From the NCBI GenBank assembly GCA_964493765.1, contig CAZBPK010000146.1, positions 200 through 64,199 of the forward strand: a stretch of 64,000 nucleotides of DNA, given 5' to 3'. The translations under genes were made by a program, and so were the position numbers. The stretch comes from an uncultured Bacteroidia bacterium. GTDB taxonomy: Bacteria > Bacteroidota > Bacteroidia > J057 > CALLMJ01. Positions 49,036-58,596 of the stretch are shown here, one piece after another (position 1 is the first letter of the stretch; every line of letters starts with the position of its first letter). The notes below the pieces were generated by a model. The model made no database searches. It was given only the letters and a program-made list of their open reading frames with translations, and had not been told where the DNA came from.

Positions 49036-50490
49036 ATGCCAATGCAAAAAATATTTTTTCTGATTTTACTCAATTTTTGTGGTTTATTTTTACATGCAAA
49101 AAAAGAATTACAATTTTTTGTGGATTATTGCCGTTTTCAAAATATTGAAGGTAAACCCTATATAGAAATTTATGTTTCATTAGATCCTAATTCTTTGACT
49201 TTCAAAAAAAATGCTAATGGTTTTATGAATCAAACTCAAATTTTAGTTGCGATTTCCCCATCCAATGACCCTGATAAAATTATTTTAGCTGATAAATTTA
49301 CCTTAACCACTGAAGTCAAAGATACAACTTTTGGAAACTCTATCATTTGGGATCAAAAAAGGTACAACCTCAATCCAAACCAATCTTACAGGGTGGAAGT
49401 TATTTTAAAAGATTTATCTCAAGATTCGGCTTCAAGTTATGGAGTAGCTAAAGAAGTTGAAATTAAAAAAGAATTATTTTCTGATGTTTTATTTCTTGAG
49501 AAAATTCAAAAATCTTCAGACCCCACTGACAAAAAATCTAGATACGGCTATCAAATTATGCCCTTAATTACCAACTCTACTTTTTTTGATTCCGATACTT
49601 TAAAATTTTGGTTAGAAGTTTATCAAAAAGATAGTTTATTTTCTCTACCTTACTATTACGAATATTACATTTTGCCAGCTAATCAAGAAGAAAAATTAAA
49701 AGAGACGGTAAAAGTAACGAAACCACAATCCGCTAAAAGCTTTGATGTTCTTACTGGTAAAATCCCTATAAAATCTTTACCTTCACAAACGTATTGGTTA
49801 GTTATTGAAATAAAAACTAACGAAGGAATTACCTTAGCAATTAAAAGACAAAAATTCTTTGTTTTTAGCAGTGAAGATTATTTGTCTAATACAGAACAAA
49901 CCAATTTATACGAAGTTTTTTATGGTTATAAAGAAACTGAGCTAGATGAATTTTTAAAAACATTAGTTGTTATTGCAACACCAACAGAAGTAAGTTTTAT
50001 TCAGTCTTTAAAGACCTTTGAAGAAAAGAAAAACTTTTTTGTTAATTTTTGGGCAAAAAGGGTAGAAGGTACTCAATCTCCTACAAGACCTTGGAAAGAC
50101 CACCTTTCTCGTGTTCAATATGCAAATTCCAAGTTTAGTTCAAATATTCGTAAAGGTTATTTAACTGATAGAGGTAGAACTTTGTTATTGTATGGTCCTC
50201 CAAATGATATACAATCCTATACTCAAGATGGTGATAAGTACCCTTACGAAATATGGTTTTATAATAAATTAGGCAGGCAACAGGGAGTCATTTTTGTGTT
50301 TTTTGACCCTGACTTAATTTCTAATGAATATCCTTTATTGCATTCTAATAAAATCGGAGAGTTCAATAATAAAAGTTGGAGGAATGACTTGTTAAGAGGT
50401 AAAGCAGGTACTCTCGGCGCTGATGACCCAGAATTTAATAAAATTGAAAGAACAAAATTTAGAGATACCCTTCCTTTGGATATGAGGTAA
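49036..50490 (+). CDS. GWxTD-domain protein (secreted)
   Basis: Signal peptide. The C-terminal region FWAKR...RKGYLTDRGRTLLLYGPPNDI...YPYEIWFY matches the GWxTD domain pattern. Confidence 0.7.
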   Translation: MPMQKIFFLILLNFCGLFLHAKKELQFFVDYCRFQNIEGKPYIEIYVSLDPNSLTFKKNANGFMNQTQILVAISPSNDPDKIILADKFTLTTEVKDTTFGNSIIWDQKRYNLNPNQSYRVEVILKDLSQDSASSYGVAKEVEIKKELFSDVLFLEKIQKSSDPTDKKSRYGYQIMPLITNSTFFDSDTLKFWLEVYQKDSLFSLPYYYEYYILPANQEEKLKETVKVTKPQSAKSFDVLTGKIPIKSLPSQTYWLVIEIKTNEGITLAIKRQKFFVFSSEDYLSNTEQTNLYEVFYGYKETELDEFLKTLVVIATPTEVSFIQSLKTFEEKKNFFVNFWAKRVEGTQSPTRPWKDHLSRVQYANSKFSSNIRKGYLTDRGRTLLLYGPPNDIQSYTQDGDKYPYEIWFYNKLGRQQGVIFVFFDPDLISNEYPLLHSNKIGEFNNKSWRNDLLRGKAGTLGADDPEFNKIERTKFRDTLPLDMR

Positions 50491-50599
50491 AATAGTTCAC
50501 AAATCTAGGATGTTGTAACAGTTTGCTCTATAATTTCTTACAGTTCATTCTTATTTTTTTACCATTTAAAGCAAAAATGTAACTTTTCAATCAATGACT

Positions 50600-50723
50600 A
50601 CGTATATTTGCATAGTAATACAATCTACAAAATAAATAAATTTATGTTTTTACTTTTACTTACGTATATTTTAGTAGTCTTAAATTTTTACAAAATGAAT
50701 AAATTTTTACTTTTACTTTACTT
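50600..50723 (+). repeat. ~62-bp tandem duplication of a promoter-leader-start cassette
   Basis: Copy 1 (50600-50661) keeps ACGTATATTTG but reads ATA where the ATG would be. Copy 2 (50662-50723) has the degraded box ACGTATATTTT but the real ATG at 50695. Confidence 0.7.
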
Positions 50724-52536
50724 TTTTGCTTTTAGTTCATTACGGTTGCACGCTCAAATCAATGCTTATGCCAGAGTTGTTAGTATCAGCGGAACAACTT
50801 TGACATTGGCTAATGTAAATGAAACTTACCATACCTTTAATGTAGGGGAGAAGGCTATTATTATGCAAATGCAAGATAATGTTATTGGTACCAATACTGC
50901 AGACAATGCAAGTTTTGGAGATTTAGCGGCTATTGGCTCTGCAGGGCTGTATGAAGTAGTCACTATCACCAATAAATCTTTGCCTAATCTTGAAGTTTCC
51001 GCTTTGTCTAATACTTACAACACTTGTGCCAATTGTAGGGTTCAAATAGTGAGTTTTAGAAGATTAGGTAGTCCTAATTATACAACCACAGCTAATATTA
51101 CTGCTTTGAATTGGGATGGTAATGTTGGTGGAATTATCGCTATGGAAGTGCTAGGTACTTTAACCTTAAATCATAACATTTCTGCTGATGGTGCAGGTTT
51201 TAGAGGCGGGAATCGTTCTAATAATTATTATGATGGGTCATTTGGTTGTTATGCAACTCCTTATAGAGTAAATAGCACTAACCATGCTTTCAAAGGCGAG
51301 GGGATTTATCGTAACACTTCTGCTACTTATAATAACGCAAGGGCAAAAATTATTAATGGAGGGGGAGGTGGCAACCATATTAATGCAGGTGGTGGCGGCG
51401 GCGGTAATTTTACAGCAGGGGGAATAGGGGGACCAGGTTGGAATGGAACAGCGCCAGGTTGTCCTGTTGCTACGGGAGGATACGGCTATGGAGGGATTGC
51501 CTTGAGCCCTTATATTTCTGTAAATCGTTTATTTATGGGAGGCGGTGGCGGAGGCGGCCAAATGAATAACACCGTAGGAACGAATGGAGGAAATGGAGGA
51601 GGTATTATATTCCTTAAAGCCAATATGCTGGTTACTACTGGTGCCTGTGCCTCTCGTTCTATTACCGCTAATGGATTGAACGCCGTAAATTCTGGTAATG
51701 ATGGAAGTGGGGGAGCAGGAGGTAGTATCGTTTTACAAGTAGAAAATTTTTCTTTACTAGCTTCATGTCCTTTAATAGTAAGTGCTAATGGTGGGAACGG
51801 CGGAACAGTAGTTGCTAGCACACATGGTGCAGGAGGAGCAGGTGGGCAGGGTGCCATTATGGCTTCTGTAGCTTCTCAACCTACAAACTCAACATTCCAA
51901 ACTTTAAACGGGAACCCCGGATGTAATAACAATTCTTCCCCTTGCAATAGTTTCGCAGGAAGTGCATCAGGTAGCAACAATCAAGGAATTTTCTTTTTAG
52001 GATACGGAACTCCTTTGCCTGTTCATTCATGGAATTTTCAAGCTGAGTATATCACAGACCTGAATAATATTATTTTATCATGGCAAAATGATGATATGAA
52101 CTTTCAAGGTACTTTTCAAATTTTAAAATCTTATGATGGTTTAAGTTGGTCAGTGTTAAAGGATAACATATCCACTAATTCTCAGAATGCTATTGCTACT
52201 TATGAAAAAATAGACGACCAAGTTGCTCCTATCAATTATTATCAATTAGTATTCAAAGATTGGAATGGCAATATTACCCAATCTGAAGTAAAAATAGTGA
52301 AAATTCCTTCCCAATTAAAAATATTCCCTAATCCTTTCCAACAGGAAATCCATATAGAAGAAAATTTAGATTATAATCATATTGCTGTTTATAATGAACT
52401 AGGGCAAATGATTTACAACTGTGCCATAGAGCCATCTCATAAGATTATTACCGAAGAATGGCATTCAGGGTTTTATTGGATTAAATTGTATCATACTAAC
52501 GGTAACTATATTACTTTCAAGCTCTTTAAGAATTAA
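50695..52536 (+). CDS. glycine-rich secreted protein with a T9SS C-terminal sorting domain
   Basis: Signal peptide MNKFLLLLYFFAFSSLRLHAQ, poly-Gly blocks (GGGGGNHINAGGGGGGNF, GGGGGGGQ, GGNGGG), and the C-terminus KIFPNPFQQEIHIE...GFYWIKLYHTNGNYITFKLFK. Confidence 0.7.
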   Translation: MNKFLLLLYFFAFSSLRLHAQINAYARVVSISGTTLTLANVNETYHTFNVGEKAIIMQMQDNVIGTNTADNASFGDLAAIGSAGLYEVVTITNKSLPNLEVSALSNTYNTCANCRVQIVSFRRLGSPNYTTTANITALNWDGNVGGIIAMEVLGTLTLNHNISADGAGFRGGNRSNNYYDGSFGCYATPYRVNSTNHAFKGEGIYRNTSATYNNARAKIINGGGGGNHINAGGGGGGNFTAGGIGGPGWNGTAPGCPVATGGYGYGGIALSPYISVNRLFMGGGGGGGQMNNTVGTNGGNGGGIIFLKANMLVTTGACASRSITANGLNAVNSGNDGSGGAGGSIVLQVENFSLLASCPLIVSANGGNGGTVVASTHGAGGAGGQGAIMASVASQPTNSTFQTLNGNPGCNNNSSPCNSFAGSASGSNNQGIFFLGYGTPLPVHSWNFQAEYITDLNNIILSWQNDDMNFQGTFQILKSYDGLSWSVLKDNISTNSQNAIATYEKIDDQVAPINYYQLVFKDWNGNITQSEVKIVKIPSQLKIFPNPFQQEIHIEENLDYNHIAVYNELGQMIYNCAIEPSHKIITEEWHSGFYWIKLYHTNGNYITFKLFKN

Positions 52537-52547
52537 AAGAAAGAAAG

Positions 52548-52578
52548 AAAGACTATCCATCTGAGGGTAGTCTTTTTT
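52548..52578 (+). terminator. probable rho-independent terminator
   Basis: AAAGACTA(t)CC-atctga-GGTAGTCTTT followed by TTT, 12 nt after the stop at 52536. Confidence 0.6.
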
Positions 52579-52819
52579 ATAGTGTTCGTTGCTACTGGAT
52601 AAAAATAAGTGAGTTAATTGTTGAACTTTATTTTTGTACTCTTCATCTTCTTGGCTGAAAAATTCTATTTGAAAATCTTCGTTTAGAATTTCATTAATTT
52701 GTGAAATTAATATTTAATAATCATCAGGTTTGCTAACTTTAATACAATAAAGAATAGTGAGATAAGTGGTAAAGAATTACACTCTAATTTCCTTTGACTA
52801 CTCATATTTTGCAACAAAT

Positions 52820-52852
52820 GCAGTGCCACTTGCTGCCCTTCGCATCTCTCAC
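52820..52852 (-). repeat. terminal fragment of the GC-rich repeat
   Basis: GCAGTGCCACTTGCTGCCCTTCGCATCTCTCAC compares with GGCAGTGCCACTTTGTGCCCTTCGCATCCCTCACGC of copy D. Only this arm is present. Confidence 0.65.
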
Positions 52853-52883
52853 CATTCATAAGTTTTAATTCATACTATTCATT

Positions 52884-52919
52884 AAAAAAAAATACCGAAA
52901 CAAATTTCGGTATTTTTTA
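52884..52919. terminator. bidirectional rho-independent terminator
   Basis: An A-run, then ATACCGAAA-caaa-TTTCGGTAT, then a T-run. It lies downstream of the minus-strand gene ending at 52944. Confidence 0.75.
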
Positions 52920-52943
52920 TTTAATGAATAGTATATTCACTCA

Positions 52944-53381
52944 TTATTGTGCTTCAGGCATATTCGCATTACGAATACGTTCACTCATGCTTTCAATTTT
53001 TTGAATGGTTTCTTGCATAAACATAATTGCGTCCATAATATCTTTTTTATCAGAATATGGAATAATGTTATACAAATTATCTTCTACTACCTTATTGAAT
53101 TCTTTTTCTTTCTTTTTATAATTAGCCATATTTTTATCATTAATGGAATGTGAAGGAATTCTTAAAGATTTTGTATCTTTAGGTTCAATCACACCAAAAG
53201 ACATGTAAGGACTAATTCTAACAAGACGGTTGTATTTATTCAAATAAACTTTGGTAAGTTGAAGTTTATCCATTTTTTCTAAATCCCCTAAAACATAGGT
53301 CATGTCTGCAGTTTGGTTTTGTGCAAACATATTAGAAACTAATGCAATGAAAACAAAAATGGTTAAAAAGTATTTTTTCAT
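52944..53381 (-). CDS. small secreted protein, paralog 1 of a tandem pair (unknown function)
   Basis: Signal peptide ...NMFAQ. It shares YVLGDLE, LTK(V/I)Y, LRIP, IPY(S/A)DKKDIMDAI(M/I)FMQE and IESM with the 53507-53956 product. Confidence 0.5.
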   Translation of the reverse strand: MKKYFLTIFVFIALVSNMFAQNQTADMTYVLGDLEKMDKLQLTKVYLNKYNRLVRISPYMSFGVIEPKDTKSLRIPSHSINDKNMANYKKKEKEFNKVVEDNLYNIIPYSDKKDIMDAIMFMQETIQKIESMSERIRNANMPEAQ

Positions 53382-53443
53382 ATCTTAATTATTTTTTCGT
53401 TATTGTAATTGGTTTAAAAAATTGAAAATAGATAATCAACTAT

Positions 53444-53468
53444 AAAAACCTCAACATAAGAGTTGAGG
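53444..53468 (-). terminator. rho-independent terminator
   Basis: The minus strand reads CCTCAAC-tcttat-GTTGAGG followed by TTTTT, downstream of the gene ending at 53507. Confidence 0.6.
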
Positions 53469-53506
53469 CTCTACAATCAACTAATCTAAAAACAGCTAAA
53501 TGCAAA

Positions 53507-53956
53507 TTATTCCGTAGTATTTGCACCTTTTTTATATTGATTTTTAATTTTTTCACCCATAGACTCAATTTTATCAATCATTTCTTGCATGAAGATGATT
53601 GCATCCATGATGTCTTTTTTATCAGCATAAGGAATCAGATTACTTAAAGCAGCATCTGAATCTTGATTATAAGCTTCAATAGTTTTGCTATAACTATCCA
53701 TAGCTTTTTCATTAATACTTGTAGCAGGTATTCTTAATTCCGAGGGATTTTTCGGTTGTAATTCCCCAAATGGAATATAAGGTGTAATGCTAGAAAGTTT
53801 GTTTAATTTTGCAACATAAATTTTTGTTAAATCGATTTTGTCTAATACTTCTAAATCTCCTAAAACATAATTTACATTAGCAGCATTTTTCATATCTTGT
53901 GCATAAGAAGCTAGATTGAAAAATAGAAATACTAAAAGAAAAATGTACTTACTCAT
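53507..53956 (-). CDS. small secreted protein, paralog 2 of a tandem pair (unknown function)
   Basis: Signal peptide ...LASYAQ. About half its residues are identical to the neighbouring paralog by eye. Confidence 0.5.
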   Translation of the reverse strand: MSKYIFLLVFLFFNLASYAQDMKNAANVNYVLGDLEVLDKIDLTKIYVAKLNKLSSITPYIPFGELQPKNPSELRIPATSINEKAMDSYSKTIEAYNQDSDAALSNLIPYADKKDIMDAIIFMQEMIDKIESMGEKIKNQYKKGANTTE

Positions 53957-54116
53957 ATTTTTTTGTTCTATTTTTTTGTTTTTAGATTTACTGCAAAAAT
54001 ATAGAGTTTTTCATTCAGTCATACACATTCCACAAAAAATTAATTCACATTTTATATTTTTTTGTGGAAAACGGTATATCATTTGCTATATTTGCAATCA
54101 TAATCAATTTTGTATC

Positions 54117-54791
54117 ATGAAAAATTTCGTTTCATTATTTTTTGTAATTATTTTATTTTCAAACTTTTTGAATGCTCAAAATTTAAAAGTTGAGGAAGTT
54201 GTAGAAAATATGAGCAAGGGTGCTCAAAAAGGTATGGCTATAGAAATTCCTGAAATTTCTGAAGACTTTTTATTAAAAGAATTCAAAGACTGGGTAGATA
54301 AATTTAAAGGTAAAACCAAAATGGATAAAAAAAATAGCGAAATTTTTTCTGATGATGCTTTTATTAAAGAAGTTTCTGCTAATACTTTTGACATTTATGG
54401 TAAAGTTTTCAATAAAGGAAAAAGCCAAAAGTTAGTAATGTTTATTGATTTAGGAGGTGCATTTTTGAATACTCAAATGCACGCTGATAAATATAAAATT
54501 ATGGAAGGGCATTTATTAGAATTTGGTAAATCAGTGATTAAAAATGATTTAAAAAATCGTTTAGATGAAGCAGAAGATGTTCTTAAAAAATTAGAAAAAG
54601 AGAAAAAAGATTTGGAACAAGACCAATCTAAAAGTTTAAAAAATATTGAAGAAGCGAAAAATACCATCAAAAAAGAAGAAGAAAACATAGAAGCCAACAA
54701 AAAGAAACAAGCAGAAAAAGATAAACAAATTGGAGAGCAAGCTAAAGTTGTTGAAGGTTTGAAAAATGAATATCAAAAAGTAAGAAAATAA
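54117..54791 (+). CDS. secreted protein with a C-terminal K/E-rich coiled coil (unknown function)
   Basis: The start is set at MKNFVSLFFVIILFSNFLNAQ, with TATATTTG about 30 nt upstream. The listed 53916 start overlaps the divergent gene. Confidence 0.5.
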   Translation: MKNFVSLFFVIILFSNFLNAQNLKVEEVVENMSKGAQKGMAIEIPEISEDFLLKEFKDWVDKFKGKTKMDKKNSEIFSDDAFIKEVSANTFDIYGKVFNKGKSQKLVMFIDLGGAFLNTQMHADKYKIMEGHLLEFGKSVIKNDLKNRLDEAEDVLKKLEKEKKDLEQDQSKSLKNIEEAKNTIKKEEENIEANKKKQAEKDKQIGEQAKVVEGLKNEYQKVRK

Positions 54792-54829
54792 AAAAATGTA
54801 ACGTATATTTGCATTTTTATAGATTTTTC

Positions 54830-55495
54830 ATGAATTGGGAAACCATAGTGGAGTTTTTTAAAGAACTTACACACCCTCAAAGTATTATTCATTATGGCGG
54901 TTTAACCCTTTTGGTTTTAGTAGTTTTTGCAGAAACAGGTATCATGATTGGTTTTTTTTTACCTGGTGATTCTTTGTTATTTACTGCAGGCTTATTAACT
55001 GCAACAGGTATTTTAGATCATAGCATTATTACTGTTCTTTTAGCTGTATCTGCTGCAGCTATTCTTGGAGATAGTTTTGGATTTTATATTGGAAAAAAAA
55101 TGGGTCAATCCCTTTTTAAAAAGAAAGAATCCTTACTATTTAAACCTGAATATGTAATTTTAACGAAACAGTTTTATGATAAACATGGGGGCAAAGCCTT
55201 AGTTTTAGGAAGATTTTTACCCATTATTAGAACTTTTGCTCCTATTTTAGCAGGTGTTGTTAATTTGGAATATAGTAAATTTATTTTCTATAATGTAACA
55301 GGCGGTGTTTTGTGGGTCTTCTCTTTAATTTTGATTGGTTATTTTTTAGGCGTTTGGATACCCGGAATAAAAGATTATTTAGAATACATCATTATTTTTA
55401 TGATAATTGTAACAACGATTCCTGTTGTTAGAACTTTTCTGAAAGAACGTGAAGAAGCCAAAAAAAGAAAAGCTATTCAAGACGATGAAATGTAG
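54830..55495 (+). CDS. dedA: DedA/VTT-domain membrane protein
   Basis: FAETGIMIGFFLPGDSLLFTAG and GRFLPIIRTFAPILAG are hallmark DedA motifs. The -7 box TATATTTG lies at 54804-54811. Confidence 0.85.
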   Translation: MNWETIVEFFKELTHPQSIIHYGGLTLLVLVVFAETGIMIGFFLPGDSLLFTAGLLTATGILDHSIITVLLAVSAAAILGDSFGFYIGKKMGQSLFKKKESLLFKPEYVILTKQFYDKHGGKALVLGRFLPIIRTFAPILAGVVNLEYSKFIFYNVTGGVLWVFSLILIGYFLGVWIPGIKDYLEYIIIFMIIVTTIPVVRTFLKEREEAKKRKAIQDDEM

Positions 55496-56162
55496 AATAT
55501 TTAAACTCTTTTTGCTTACTTTTATACTTTCTTCTTCATTTCACCAGCCTTATGTAGTTTCAACTGTTAGTGAATATAAAAAATTAATTCAAAAAGACCC
55601 TTCAAAATCTTTAATTGATTTAAAAAAGGTTTGTCCTTCTATTATTTTGGATATACGTTATGCAAGTTCTAATAATTTTTTAGGATTTCCAGTTTATAAA
55701 TTAGCAAAAGCATACGCAAGATTTCCTATTGCTTTAGCTATAATTGATATACAAAAAGAACTAGAACCTCTTGGTCTTTCTTTAAAAATATTTGATGCCT
55801 ACAGACCCTATTCTGTAACTAAAAAAATGTGGGAATTAACGAATGGTTCACCTTTTGTTGCGAATCCTGCTTATGGTTCAATTCACAATAGAGGTACTGC
55901 TTTAGACTTAACTTTAGTGAATTTAGAAGATTCTACGGAAGTGCCAATGCCTTCACAGTATGATGAATTTAATGTAAAAGCTTCCCATCAATACTATAAC
56001 ATCAATCGTTCTTATATCAATAACAGAAATTTATTGAAAAGAATCATGGAAAAACATGGTTTTAAAGCTAATGAACATGAATGGTGGCATTACGATTTAA
56101 AAAACTATAAACAATATGAACTTTTGGATATTTCCTTTGAAGACCTAGAAAAACTGGAATAA
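55485..56162 (+). CDS. M15-family D-alanyl-D-alanine dipeptidase (VanX/DdpX-like)
   Basis: Signal-like N-terminus, DAYRPYSVTKKMWE, SIHNRGTALDLTL and HEWWHYD (Zn ligands and catalytic Glu context). Confidence 0.8.
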   Translation: MKCRIFKLFLLTFILSSSFHQPYVVSTVSEYKKLIQKDPSKSLIDLKKVCPSIILDIRYASSNNFLGFPVYKLAKAYARFPIALAIIDIQKELEPLGLSLKIFDAYRPYSVTKKMWELTNGSPFVANPAYGSIHNRGTALDLTLVNLEDSTEVPMPSQYDEFNVKASHQYYNINRSYINNRNLLKRIMEKHGFKANEHEWWHYDLKNYKQYELLDISFEDLEKLE

Positions 56163-56253
56163 ATAAAATTTTATCCTATTTTCCAAAATGAACCTTTATA
56201 ACAAAATACTTGTAAACAAATAAATAAAATTGTATTTTTGCGTTTTGAAAAAA

Positions 56254-56781
56254 ATGAGTGTATCATTAGAGGATAACAAACAAAAATTTATTGAAGCTTG
56301 GGCGGATATGGCTACTCATTGGGGAATATCAAAAACTATGGCTCAAGTACATGCTTTACTTTATTCCTCCGATGTTCCTTTAGATACTGATACTATCATG
56401 GAAAAATTGGATATCAGTAGAGGAAATGCGAATATGACTCTCCGTAATTTACTTTCTTGGGGGTTAATTAAAAAAGTTGATAAACCAGATTCTAGAAAAG
56501 ATTTATTTGAAGCTGAAAAAGATGTTTGGAAAATTACAGCCAGCATAATTTTTGAAAGAAGCCAAAGAGAAATTAAGCCTATTCGTGAATCTATCGTAGA
56601 AATTTTAAGCAATATGGGGCGCCCTGAAACTTTCTCAGAAGAAGAAATGAAATTCTACGAAAATATTAACAAACTCATTGAATTTTTAAATCTAGTAAAC
56701 GATTTTTCTAGTAAAATATTACCTTTGCTCCATAAAAAGAACTTTGATAAAATTGATGCGTTTATTAAGTTGTTAAAGTAA
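56254..56781 (+). CDS. GbsR/MarR-like winged-helix transcriptional regulator
   Basis: FIEAWADMATHWGISKTMAQVHALLYSS...MEKLDISRGNANMTLRNLLSWGLI. The -7 box TATTTTTG lies at 56233-56240. Confidence 0.65.
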   Translation: MSVSLEDNKQKFIEAWADMATHWGISKTMAQVHALLYSSDVPLDTDTIMEKLDISRGNANMTLRNLLSWGLIKKVDKPDSRKDLFEAEKDVWKITASIIFERSQREIKPIRESIVEILSNMGRPETFSEEEMKFYENINKLIEFLNLVNDFSSKILPLLHKKNFDKIDAFIKLLK

Positions 56782-56788
56782 AAATTCT

Positions 56789-57253
56789 ATGAACCATAAT
56801 GCACTTTATGAAAAAACCATTTCCTATTTAAAAGACCTTCATGCTCGCGAAAGCATGCGTTTGGGTTGGTATCGTCAATGGCAAAATCATGATAAAATCA
56901 AACAACTACGTGAAAGAAAATCTATACATACAGCTTTCTTGCATGATTTATTAAGAAAAAGGGGCTTAAAACCCGCTTGGTATTCTAGATGGTTTTACTT
57001 CATAGGACATGCTTTTGGTTTTTTTACAGCCTTATTACCCAATTCTTTAGCTTCCAAAATTGAAAATACTTTAGAAACTTGGATTTTAATTCGTTATGAA
57101 AAATATTTAGAACAACTAAAATTAGACCATAGCCTTCGTTCTATGATTGAAGCTATTCAATTAAAAAAACTCAATCACAATGAGCCTGCAATTGATGTTT
57201 TACAACTTCTTGAAATTTGCATTTCCAATGAAGAAAATTTATTAAAATCTTAA
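56789..57253 (+). CDS. hypothetical helical protein, probably co-transcribed with the GbsR-like regulator
   Basis: 154 aa, 7 nt after the upstream stop, with one hydrophobic segment. No diagnostic motif recognised. Confidence 0.35.
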   Translation: MNHNALYEKTISYLKDLHARESMRLGWYRQWQNHDKIKQLRERKSIHTAFLHDLLRKRGLKPAWYSRWFYFIGHAFGFFTALLPNSLASKIENTLETWILIRYEKYLEQLKLDHSLRSMIEAIQLKKLNHNEPAIDVLQLLEICISNEENLLKS

Positions 57254-57949
57254 ATGAACTTCAGTTTAGTGATTGATACTTCTACGTCAATTTGTGCAGT
57301 TGCGTTGTATCAAAATGAAATCTTATTATCAACGATTGCTTTGCATCAACCGAATTCACATTCTGAAAAAGCCGCTTTTTTAATTGATGAATTACTAAAA
57401 ATTACTAAAATACCTATTCAAGCATTAACCCATTTGGCTATAGCCAAAGGGCCAGGTTCTTATACTGGTTTAAGAATTGGTTTCTCCCTAATTAAAAGTA
57501 TAAGCTATGGGTTAAATTTACCCGTTATTGGATATTCTTCGTTACTGGGTCAATCTGCCGCTTTTTTTTCTTTAGCTCAACAACTCCAAAAACCCATAAT
57601 TTCTTGTTTAGATGCTGGAAGAAACGAAGTTTATACTTCTATTTATCATTATGATCTTCATTTACTTCATGATTTAGGTCCAACACTCTTACCTCATGAT
57701 GAATTAGAAAAGTTTTTGAATCATAATCAAGTGATTATCGTTGGGAATGGTGCATTAAAAATTAAAAATTATCATTCTAGTTCAACCAATAATGCGATTT
57801 TTATTTCTCATATAGAAAATCCGACAGTAGGTCTTGGAAATTATTTACAAACACAAATTCATCAAAATAATTATGAAAATTTGATTACTTTTGAACCAGA
57901 TTATCTAAAACCTGTAAATATTACTCAAAGCAAAGAGCCAAAAGTATGA
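57254..57949 (+). CDS. tsaB: tRNA threonylcarbamoyladenosine biosynthesis protein TsaB
   Basis: LVIDTSTSICAVAL and IAKGPGSYTGLRIG. About 230 aa. Confidence 0.82.
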   Translation: MNFSLVIDTSTSICAVALYQNEILLSTIALHQPNSHSEKAAFLIDELLKITKIPIQALTHLAIAKGPGSYTGLRIGFSLIKSISYGLNLPVIGYSSLLGQSAAFFSLAQQLQKPIISCLDAGRNEVYTSIYHYDLHLLHDLGPTLLPHDELEKFLNHNQVIIVGNGALKIKNYHSSSTNNAIFISHIENPTVGLGNYLQTQIHQNNYENLITFEPDYLKPVNITQSKEPKV

Positions 57950-58545
57950 AAATAGAGACCGCAAAATTTATATCTTCCAAAGTTCATTTAAAGGACTTGC
58001 CCAATACAAATTTGCCAGAATTTGCGTTTATTGGTCGTTCTAATGTTGGAAAGTCCTCCTTAATCAACTATCTTACTAATCAAGCTAAGTTAGCTAAGAC
58101 TTCATCAACTCCAGGAAAAACCCAAACTATTAATCATTATTTAATCAATCAGAATTTTTATTTTGTGGATTTGCCAGGCTATGGTTATGCTGAAGTTCCT
58201 TTATCCATAAAAAAACAATTTGAAAAAATGATTCAAGATTATTTACAGAAAAGGGATACTTTAGCTTGTTTATTTGTTTTAATTGATGTTCGCCATGATC
58301 CATTAAAAGTAGATTTAGAGTTTATTCAATGGGTAGGGGAAAATCAAATTCCTTTTTGTTTAATTTTTACCAAATGTGATAAACTTTCACAAAGCCAGTT
58401 AGATACTAAAATTCAAAATTATAAAAATAAGTTATTGGAGAGTTGGGAGGAATTGCCTCCTTATTTCTTAACATCTGCGGATAAAAAAATGGGTGCTAAT
58501 GAACTTTTGGCGTTTATGGATAAAGTAATTAAGGAAATTTTATAA
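57946..58545 (+). CDS. engB: ribosome biogenesis GTP-binding protein EngB/YsxC
   Basis: EFAFIGRSNVGKSSLIN (G1), PGKTQ (G2), DLPGYGYA (G3) and TKCDK (G4). Confidence 0.9.
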   Translation: MKIETAKFISSKVHLKDLPNTNLPEFAFIGRSNVGKSSLINYLTNQAKLAKTSSTPGKTQTINHYLINQNFYFVDLPGYGYAEVPLSIKKQFEKMIQDYLQKRDTLACLFVLIDVRHDPLKVDLEFIQWVGENQIPFCLIFTKCDKLSQSQLDTKIQNYKNKLLESWEELPPYFLTSADKKMGANELLAFMDKVIKEIL

Positions 58546-58596
58546 TTTAACTATTCAGAATTTACAAAGGCTTTTCATAAAGAAATAAATACTTTT

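Noticed and set aside
51510-51857. Proline-rich 115-aa ORF on the minus strand
   Set aside because: It is the antisense of the poly-glycine (GGN) region of the glycine-rich T9SS protein. GGN codons read as NCC (Pro) on the opposite strand, so this is an artefact.
52580-52800. Possible small gene or gene debris in the 400-bp spacer after the glycine-rich protein gene
   Set aside because: Minus-strand reading gives only short interrupted frames (for example ...ILNEDFQIEFFSQEDEEYKNKVQQLTHLF...) with multiple stops and no start context. I could not support a call, though it may be a decayed gene.
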